Shown here: positions 23,342-32,000 of the stretch, one piece after another | Layout of the letters: each line of letters opens with the position of its first letter | How positions within the stretch are numbered: position 1 is the stretch's first letter | Source of the DNA: Paramicrosporidium saccamoebae KSL3 | Lineage: Eukaryota > Fungi > Cryptomycota | Reading direction: 5' to 3' | Length of the DNA stretch: 32,000 bases | Assembly: GCA_002794465.1 (NCBI GenBank) | Contig: MTSL01000134.1 | Location: 45,495 to 77,494 of the forward strand | The notes under the pieces: generated by a model | What the model was told of the DNA's origin: nothing | Database searches by the model: none | Seen by the model: the letters and a program-made list of their open reading frames with translations, nothing else | Made by a program: the position numbers and the translations under genes

Positions 23342-23894
23342 ATGCCGGTATGGCTATTCGGAGTGTTGTTATGTGGGTGTAGGCCATCCATTCTGCCTTT
23401 CTTGAGACTGCTGGCCCAGTGACAGCGGGACTGGCGACACCAGTTTTGCAAAAGGGCTCTTCCAATCGTATTATTACCTAATTTATTGCCCACTATTAGA
23501 CGACTTGATTGACGAGGCCCTCGATCTCTTCCGTCCAAACTGTTTCTCAAAGACCTTTGAAATCCGTGGTCCCTCAGACCGCACCCTCGTCTATCTTCTT
23601 CTCTACATTGGCGACTGTCTGGCTCGTCTGCGTCTCGACATGTCCCTCTCCGACGCCCAGCGCACCCTCCTGCCCAGTCAATTTGCATTGCCTGGAGAGG
23701 CGGGATTCCCATTGAATGGAATGTTCCCAGCAGCAGGTCGAGAGAGTGAACAGCTAAAAGCGTATTTGACAAGTCTGAGGAACGAGACTGTCAACAGATT
23801 ATTAGCCCGAGTATATGCGCAAGATGCCAAAGTGCCGAGTCGTTGGTGGATGGCGTTCTCAAAACGCAAGTTTATGAACAAGTCTCTCAGCTAG
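23342..23894 (+). CDS. ARPC3: Arp2/3 complex 21-kDa subunit (ARPC3/Arc18), 161 aa, 3 exons
   Basis: Exons 23342-23347, 23383-23467 and 23500-23894 (introns 35 and 32 nt) give MP|AIHSAF..., matching the conserved MPAYHS start. Also DLIDEALDLFRPN, FEIRGPSDRTLVYL, FALPGEAGFPLN and SRWWMAFSKRKFMNKSL. Confidence 0.95.
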
Positions 23895-23993
23895 AATTAC
23901 CATCGGTAGTGAGCGACTTTACAGTGCGTCTATGCAGAAGCTTTGCAATTGACATTATGTACGTGTATAAAAGTAAAAAATATCGCGCATCTC

Positions 23994-24042
23994 ATTGGTG
24001 TTCCAATCTGAAAGATTATTGGTGATTGTCGCGTGGGCCAAT
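23994..24042. promoter_or_regulatory. Cluster of four CCAAT boxes in alternating orientation upstream of the orphan secreted protein
   Basis: ATTGG 23994, CCAAT 24003, ATTGG 24018 and CCAAT 24038; the ATG is at 24079. Confidence 0.35.
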
Positions 24043-24078
24043 CCTATAGAAGTTGCCTCGCGGGCAGCTCATCCGACA

Positions 24079-24996
24079 ATGTGGTGGACAGCAGCTCTGA
24101 TCGCTTTGCCGGCAGCTGTACTCGCCGCGTCATCATGTGTGCCTGGTGTGCTGGACGCTCATAATGACGATGGGGTACTACGAGACATTGATGGTGCTCT
24201 CGGAACTGCCATTGACGCCGAGGTTGCCCACATCGACGAGCCAGATAAACGTGCCATGCAATTTACATTACTCCATTCCAATTTCAAGCCAGATGATCTT
24301 GGACGATACCTTCGTCTATGTAAGCCAGTTATGAACATTGATAAGATTATGATTGATGAATACACTAGCACTCTGGAAACCATCAATGTTGAAACTTATT
24401 GTGCGGATGGCTCCTACGAAGATTGCCTGCTGTATCTAGAGTTGTTCCACTATGTGTTAAGAGCACTAAACTCCCCCGATGGACGCAATTCATATTCCGA
24501 TCGTTGCAGCAAGCTGTATGCTAATCCAACGGCGCCGCTTAAACAACTGGCCTTTTGCCTTTCTGTCGCCGACTCCAATGTTGCTCGCCCCACCTTTTCA
24601 ATGCTGCAGCGCTATAGCAATCTGATTAACGCCCTACCAGAAACTCACCGGTCGGCGTATCAGGCGCTAATGGTTATCAGGGCACCAGTGTTGTGTGCGG
24701 CACAGTTTTTCATCAAAAGTGAGGATATGGCAGCGTTTTGCAAAGATGCATATGGGAGTATTTATGGTCATTTTAATGAAGTGGGTAACACCATGGAGGG
24801 CGACCTCAACGACATCTTGAATACGGGAATTGAGGGTAACAGCAAGTTGTTAAATCAACTGCCCGGTGAATTGGACCTTCTTACTGGCGACCTGCAAGAT
24901 CATTTCAAGTATATCTGCGGAGAAATTATCGCTACCGCTGCCCCCGAATCAGAAATTGCAGTCGAACACTGTCGGAACTATTTCGACTCACTCTAA
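24079..24996 (+). CDS. Hypothetical secreted, acidic, Cys-containing protein, 305 aa
   Basis: Intronless ORF between ARPC3 and POL1. Clear signal peptide MWWTAALIALPAAVLA, 10 Cys, and AATAAA 10 nt after the stop. I recognise no family. Confidence 0.75.
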   Translation: MWWTAALIALPAAVLAASSCVPGVLDAHNDDGVLRDIDGALGTAIDAEVAHIDEPDKRAMQFTLLHSNFKPDDLGRYLRLCKPVMNIDKIMIDEYTSTLETINVETYCADGSYEDCLLYLELFHYVLRALNSPDGRNSYSDRCSKLYANPTAPLKQLAFCLSVADSNVARPTFSMLQRYSNLINALPETHRSAYQALMVIRAPVLCAAQFFIKSEDMAAFCKDAYGSIYGHFNEVGNTMEGDLNDILNTGIEGNSKLLNQLPGELDLLTGDLQDHFKYICGEIIATAAPESEIAVEHCRNYFDSL

Positions 24997-25031
24997 CTGA
25001 CTTGTGAATAAAGCAATTTTAGTAGACGGGG

Positions 25032-28000
25032 CTATAATTTAACAAACGAAAAGATATCGCCGAGACTGATAATAGGATAGGCGCACTTTTCCAATCTCCG
25101 TTGCAACTCTAATCGCAGCGGTTCATGCTCAACAATCACTGCCTTCCACTCTGCAGTGGCGGGCTTTCCCTCCAACAACGACCGGTAATACAATAGCTGC
25201 GAATACAGCCGACCAGCGGGATAACGGGGCCGCATCGCCCCTCGACAGGTGTCTACGGAACAGCGTGTCTCGTAAACGCAGGGCTGGCGAGTAGCGGAGC
25301 GACAGGCGGGCTCATCGCAATCCATCCATCCCAGATAGTATTCGGCAATATGCCGGGCGAGCACCGCAAGCAACTGACAATGGAATGTAATGGGAGAAAT
25401 GCGTTGACCGCATGGACAATCTAGTCCCGAAATGGTCTGTCCCTCAGGACCTGTAACTAATAGACTGCGGAATTCAAAGGAACCCCGACAAGCCAGACAA
25501 ACCAGGGTCAGATGTTCCACATTGCGAAACTTTTCCTCATCAGTCAAAAATGCAGTTAGACGCACCGTTTCATCCTCACCAGCTGGGATGGTTCGGCTGT
25601 GGTACTTGGCGGCATCCAAGCCCAGACAGGCGGCAAGCCGACCCGCATCGGTACCAGCCAAATGCTCACAGAGTCGGGTAACACAGGGATGAACCTGCTG
25701 GGCAAGATACCAATCAGTGTCCACCTGCAAATGATCCTTGCGCACATCGTCGGGATGGAAGGCGTGGTCAGCAAGTGCCCCGTCCTTGCGGGCTGATCCA
25801 CAGATTATGTAAGGGATAGTGTCCCCCGCCCGCACTGCTATTCCGCGTTCCTTCATTCGTAACGCAACCACTACATGCGGCTGGGTTTTGCTGTCATGAT
25901 ATTGCTCAGGCTCCCTTGTCAAATTCTAACACATAAATGGGTAAACAATTAATTACCTTGCTGATAATGTATTGTTCCAAGGGGATTTGATTTGTCATCA
26001 CTTGGGTGGCGACAGTGGTCAAAATGTTATGGATGCCCTCTACAACCTCGTCGCTAGTGTATGGGGTGCGAGGAATACTCTCCACCTCGTCGCTGGCGTG
26101 GGTACTGTGCTGAACGCCCTCCATTGCCTCGCTACCAGTGGTCTCTGATAGGATCCGCTGTAGCACCTGATTGGAGGTGTTTACTGACAACGGACACCAG
26201 TCCCGTCGCACCAAATCGAGCCCCTTAGTCTCAATCCTACGTTTCACACTCCCATCAGCACGCTCCTCCATAATCACAGCTGCATATTTCTTCTTTTTCA
26301 ACAGCAATAATTTCTCAAATACACCATCAATCTCAATCTCCAAGAGACGATATTTCTCATTGACAGTCTTTTTAAGCAGCTGTCCCATACGACGGGCCTC
26401 ACTGAGATTCCGGGTACCCGTGTGGATCATTACCGAATCTGTGTCTCCATAGACAACCTCCAATCGACACTGTGACTGTGCCAAATCCACTGTATTTTGT
26501 AGAATCTCGCGACCCTTTCCCGTGATTAACATTGCCAGGGGTTTGGCAAAGAAGCGTGAATGGGCAAAACCCAGACAGCCGTACATACTGTTGGCCGTCA
26601 ACTTGAGGGCCTGTTGACGGATGTGGAGCTGCGCATAGGCACCCGGGGCAATTTTAGGATCCTTCATCAGCGTTTTGATCTGTCGTCGTCGCGCCACCAA
26701 ATTTGCTAGGATCTTTGGTAACAATCCCAGCGGCGTTCCCGGCTCTGGCGGGGTGGGCATTACATCCTCTCCGGTGGAATAATCGCGTTCAATGGTGGTG
26801 AAGCAGATATTGTATTCCTGGATAATGGACGGATAGAGACTGTTAAAGTCCAACAACAGCACAATGTTATCATAAAGTCCCTTCTTGGGCTCCAACACCA
26901 ATCCACCTGCATAGGTGGGCTTTCGCTTTCCCTTGGCAGCGGGTATGGCCTCTGTCTCCTCCTGATCCTCCCGCGTAGGCACTTCGTACTGATGGCCCTT
27001 GTCGGGACAGAGATACTTTTGACTATGGAACTCGTGCAACAGGAGAAACTCATTGCGTTCTGCTCGAGCTCCCACCATGGTGCGACTCCACAGATTCCCT
27101 GCAATGTTTGTCAGTTGTTTGGTCAATGGCAGCACCATCAACTGGAACATTAGCGATGCCTGGAAAAAGGCATCACGTTCACAGTGGCGCAGCAGGAATA
27201 CCAACTGATCAGGTGTGGCAAAGAATTCTCGCACGCGATCATAGTCCATTGCAACACGTTCCTGCTGCAATTGCGTTTCCACCAATGTCTGCAAACTGTA
27301 ATTCTTACAACGCACCAAATCCTTTGCACACAAATATGTATCACAGATTAGACGTCCACTGACAACCTGTCGTTCTGCATATGATGCTTCAGTGGAGCCT
27401 GGCTTGGCCTTGGGCCATCTACATATGAGAAAGAGGGATAGCTGTACTGACTCCAGTTGAGACGACCAAGACGAGACCAGAAATCTACTTTGCACGCCCG
27501 CATCCGATGCAACAATACTCCCAAATCAAAGCCCAAAAAGTTGTGCCCCACAATGATATCGGGATCGCTGCGATGGATCATGGCAATCAGATAACCAAGA
27601 AGGGCCCGTTCGTTCTTTGCCAACTCTACCCGTCCACCATATTGATTGGCTGTCTGTTCCATAAACTTTTGAGTGAAGCCGAGATTTTCCGTCTCTCGTG
27701 CCACTGAAAAGACGGCATTGCATTTTGGCTTCTCGCCGCCCGCATTCCCGTCCACCTGCACAGAATTGTATACCAAACCAGAGGCAGAGACTACTTCGTG
27801 TGTCTTGCTCTCTTCATGCACCACTGTACGAATTGAAAGTGACAAAACTGTCATTGCGGGCGTTTCTGGACCATTGATCAGCGGGATAATACTCTTGGGA
27901 TCGTCCACCTCCATCTCCACCTTGCACCACGAAACATTCCGTTTTGAAACTGTCTTGGGCGTGAAGCGGAGCCAACACGGACCCATAATCTTGCGTTTCA

Positions 28001-29075
28001 CCAAGAATAGTTCCAGCGCGCTCGTCCCCGTCCCAAACACGTGACTAAAAGAATTCCCCGACAGATCCTTTGGCAACATGGGTCCCTCAGCAAAGGGATA
28101 TACCATTTTGATGTAATCCGCCTCCACCGGAATGTTTGCCATCTCAAAGGCATACCGTCGCATCACCTTTTTGCAGCCAAACCTCCCAATGCGATATTTT
28201 GCGGCAATTGCCGAAATCTCCTCATGTACATCCTTTAATGTCACCTCGTCCTCGGTGTCCAAAAGACACTCTCGAGGGAGAAAGAACAGATTGCGCTTCA
28301 TGTTTGTCACTGTCACACAGCAACTAGCAAAAGAGTTTCCTTGTGGGACCTTTCCAAAGAGAAAGATTGTCCCATTAGGTTTCTCAAATGCGTCCATGAA
28401 ATAAAAATTGACCACTTCCCCGTTGGAGATATTGACAGAGGTGCTTGATAGGGGGGCTGACTCTTCTAGGGGCTCAATCTGGACCGTCTCAATCACAGGC
28501 GTTTCTACTGCGGAGGGTTCTTCTGTGGGTGTTTCGGTTCTATGAACCTCATCTTTAAGTTTGCCAGTCTGATCAACTTGCATTTTGTCATTCAAATCGA
28601 CATGATTCGATGGCAGATTATTTTGGGTTTGATCAGTTTGCATTTCATCCTCTAAATCAGACCAATTCACCATTTGCAGTTGCTCCTTCAACAATCGATC
28701 ATCCATTTCAAACAATCCATCTTCCGGCGCAAACTCGGACGACAAAATGCTCTCCATCTCCCGCTTTACGGGCGCCATCTCCTGACTTGTCGTCTCCAAT
28801 TCCGCCTCTGGACCTATCTCTGCATCCATTTGGGATAGTAGGGATTGAAAGTAGTCGTCGTCTTGGAGTACGGTGGGGTCGAGACGGGGTTCGGTACGCT
28901 TGAAAAAGGGCCGCTTGGGCACATGTTCTATAAACTCCTCATCCGAGCTCTGCGATGCAGCGTGGCTGGACGGTTCGGTGCGTGGAAGTGTCTCCATGCG
29001 ATTTCCGCCCTCCGTCCTCAGTCTTCTTAATTCAGCAAGCGAATCATGACGGGCCTTTCGGTCGCGCTGTTCCAT
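25032..29075 (-). CDS. POL1: DNA polymerase alpha catalytic subunit, about 1327 aa, 3 exons
   Basis: Exons 29075-27448, 27418-25957 and 25925-25032 (introns 29 and 31 nt). B-family motifs LLDFNSLYPSII, KLTANSMYGCLG, YGDTDS, KKKYAA and KGLDLVRRDWC. The C-terminal Cys clusters (CLAC, CPC, CDEPAC, CSVDTC) and the KIMGPCWL and GRLICDTY segments are pol alpha-type. Confidence 0.98.
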
Positions 29076-29081
29076 AATTAA

Positions 29082-29092
29082 TCCCGCGCAGC
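29082..29092 (-). promoter_or_regulatory. E2F-like GCGCGGGA element upstream of POL1
   Basis: The minus strand reads GCTGCGCGGGA-TTAATT-ATG; the 11-mer is identical to the one upstream of PCNA. Confidence 0.45.
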
Positions 29093-29378
29093 CTATGCAA
29101 TAAACGCCATTTTTTAAATCCTGTAATGTACAACGATTTGCCTCGGTCTTTTAAACTCTATAATGTGCAATAATTGGGCCTTGTGAAACTACGGATCAGG
29201 AATACCAATAAAGGGTCTGTTGGTTAGCAAGAGTATATTTTCATTAAAGTATATGGCACATATGTGGCGATAATACCACAGACGGGAAGGGGGATTGTCC
29301 ACTGCTAATCCTAGAATTGTATGGATGCGCATGTCGCGTAGTGGGGATAAATAGTATGTATACATGTCTTACTATCCC

Positions 29379-29486
29379 CAAATACCCAGCAACTAATCAA
29401 CCCTCTACGTCAAATACCCGACTAATCAATCCTCTGCCTCTACGTCAAATACCCAACTAATCAATCCTCTGCCTCTGCCTCTGTGT
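29379..29486. repeat. Three-copy tandem repeat (32, 35, 41 bp) with a nested GCCTCT expansion
   Basis: caaatacccagcaactaatcaaccctctacgt / caaatacccgactaatcaatcctctgcctctacgt / caaatacccaactaatcaatcctctgcctctgcctctgtgt. Confidence 0.9.
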
Positions 29487-29569
29487 CACACGTTCACCCA
29501 GCGTCCTATAGAGCCCTTACTCTAACCTCACAGATTTGGCTTTTATTTCTTAAGCCGTAACAAAAGTAA

Positions 29570-32000
29570 CTAGACGATAAATTCTGTATCGTTCAGCGGG
29601 GCCAAATCGCGAAACTGATCTCTGGATAAAGTGAGGGTGGGACGTCGATTGTATCGCGGCTGGTCAAAATTCACAGGCTTCCTGTGGCCGCGATAGCGAT
29701 GCACAGCTGCCTCCATGCGCCATTTCTGCAGATAATAGCGCAGATTGGAGTTTCCAATAAACTCTATGGATCGAGCATGGCCATCCTGTTGCTTTCGGGA
29801 ACGGGTCCGCCAAGACACAAAGAGCAGACGACGAGTCTTGCCATTATTCCCATTGATGACGTGACGGGCCACACTGGCACGATACGTTTCCCTCCAGTGG
29901 GAAAACACTCTGGAAATTTTTCGTGTTTCCCGACTGCTGCAGACGAGCGAAGCAGATTGATGCCATCCTCCAAAAAATTCTTTTTTGGCCTTTAGATCCT
30001 TTAGACGGAGCAGTATTTTGAGGGTCGTCTCCAATTTCCATTTCTGAAGCGTCCTCAATCGCTGATGGTGCTGATAATAGACAAAATTTTGGGTACACAA
30101 ATGCTCTTCCATCTTTTTTGATTGAAAGGCCTGCTGCCATCGCTCGAATCCACGATAATAGCATATGTATTCCTTCCCCTTTGCATACTCCTCGAGTTTT
30201 CCTTCAATTCCGCGTCTGGACGCTATCCGCTTCCCCGCCAATCCCCGCATCTTTCTCAGTGTACGTTTTTTGCATCTCCATGGCCTCCTAAAACAAATTT
30301 AGTTAACCACCAAAGTGTACTGTCGAAGATAAAAGGCCACATTAGCATCCATTCGCCAGCCCTTCATCACCTCCGACTTTAAGGTCCGATTTTTGTGCGC
30401 CTCGTGCAGTTCCACGCGTCGATTCAAAACGGCAATTTTGCGCCATCCCATAAACACTGCAGCCATTCCTGCTCTCCCAAAGGCATCGCTCCACGTGAGA
30501 CTTCGGGGCAGATTGATTTGTGATCGTGACTTTACTCGCACATAATGACGGAGCCGCAATCTTGTCTGCAGCAAACGTCGCCAGTTTGCAAATGACGACT
30601 CTTTGAGGTTACTGTTTTCCTTGACAGCATCCACTCGCAATTTCCACGCCGTCACCACATTGCGGAACAGTCTTGATCGATACAGCGAATCAGCCGCTTG
30701 ACGCGTTTCCCTCCATAATCTCCATCGTGAAAACGACAATCGGGCGTCTCTATTAGCCCGCAATGTTCTCACCTTTTCGCTACTGCGAGCCACCCATCGA
30801 GTGACCTCACGCCAAACCTTTAGAAACAGCGTCGCTGATTGTTTGGTGTGTCGATAGATCATCACCTGCGCCGAGTTGCGGAGAGTTCCAGTGACGACAG
30901 TTTTGGTGCGCCATCTCTGCAGAGCACCCACAAATAGTTTACGGACGTAGAAATTGTCGGCATTTAGCACTTGTCGACTATGGTAGTCAAGCGTGCTACG
31001 CCATCTCCCCAAAAAGTGATTCATTCTCAGCGATCTCTTTCGTTTCTCCCTCCACACATTCAGAGCATCTCCAGCCCGACGCTGTAGATAGTGACGACGT
31101 GCATGCTCTCCTGCCACAAATGTCTTTGTATATACTGTTAACCACGTGCAAAAGGCAGGTCGTGCGTGTCTGGTTTGGTCATATAGACAGGCCAATTTCA
31201 TGTAATTTCCCTTCTTCGTGCTCAATCCTCGCCAATGCTCCAAGGCACCGCGTTTGTCATTGATAATGTCTCGCACACGACGACGCTGTAACTTTGCACT
31301 TCCACGCCATTCACGAAACACAAATTTGGCCACTGTAGCGCAATTGGCGGTTGGGCTGAACATGCTGTCTCTCACGCGGTAGCCGTGTCCAACGTAGGTG
31401 AGCTTCAGGTGCAGCCATTTGCGCCATGCGCGTATTGCCGTCTGTGCCGTTTCCACTGCATGACATCCCAACACCCGTCTCGCCCGATATGCCACTTGCC
31501 ATTTATGGAATGCATTTGCCACTGGATTGGTTTCCTGCTTTAGGATGGGCTTGAGAAAGAGATCCGATCCAAAATTCATTTTCCCCTCCAAAGGCTTTCC
31601 GAATCGACGCGTGCTGTGTACACCGGTGCGCCATCGCGAAAAATACTTTTTTGCCTTGGTTTGGACTATTTTTTGTTGCACAGCCACCACCCAGCGGGAA
31701 TCCCGTAGCAGCTCAATGGCCTGACCAAAGGAGAAATGCGACAGCAGTTGGACCAGTTCTATGTAGCGATTGGTCATGTCAATGGCCTTTTCTGTGACAC
31801 CGAGGGCGCGTACTACTTGGAGCAAAGCCGCCAGGAGCAGTCGGAGACGGACTGTACTGTTGGAATTGTGGGTAACCCGCATGACTACGGTGCGCGCAGA
31901 GAGCAGCTGGGCCAGAGCCACCGTCTTTGCCAACAACTTTGTCTCTACAGAGTATTACCAACAACTATGAATAACGGTACCTGAGACGGAAGCCGGAGTC
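29570..32000 (-). CDS. SFI1: SFI1-like centrin-binding repeat protein, 3' part (gene starts beyond the right edge)
   Basis: Exons >32000-31981, 31944-30321 and 30287-29570 (introns 36 and 33 nt) join in frame. More than 20 regularly spaced Trp motifs in a very basic helical sequence: YFSRWR, AFHKWQ, VFREWR, ALQRWR, SFSRWR, SFANWR, VFMGWR, VFSHWR, LFVSWR, YLQKWR. The family call rests on the repeat pattern only. Confidence 0.75.

Overview
Eukaryotic, very gene-dense genomic DNA of about 50% GC. It holds 17 protein-coding genes, two of them truncated by the window edges. Left to right: ARL8 (5' end only, -), APC2 (-), bacterial-type uracil phosphoribosyltransferase (+), phospholipase D (+), Kin1/MARK kinase (-), secreted ankyrin-like repeat protein (+), CBF5/dyskerin (+), divergent PX-BAR sorting nexin (-), trefoil-domain GH31 alpha-glucosidase (+), PCNA (+), mitochondrial P5C dehydrogenase PUT2 (+), PP2A B55 subunit CDC55 (+), NOP53 (-), ARPC3 (+), an orphan Cys-rich secreted protein (+), DNA polymerase alpha catalytic subunit POL1 (-) and an SFI1-like protein (3' part, -). 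I reconstructed 20 spliceosomal introns by hand from frame breaks. All are 29-38 nt, all start GTA, and 19 of 20 end TAG. The compaction, tiny introns, fungal-type housekeeping genes and retained ARL8, SFI1 and mitochondrial proline catabolism suggest an early-diverging fungus or rozellid (Paramicrosporidium-like); this is inference, not a database result. I found no tRNA, rRNA, CRISPR array or mobile element, and no clear multi-gene novel system. The best leads are two lineage-specific secreted proteins, NOP53/ARPC3 start codons only 23 bp apart, the minimal GTA..TAG intron code, and an identical E2F-like 11-mer upstream of both PCNA and POL1.
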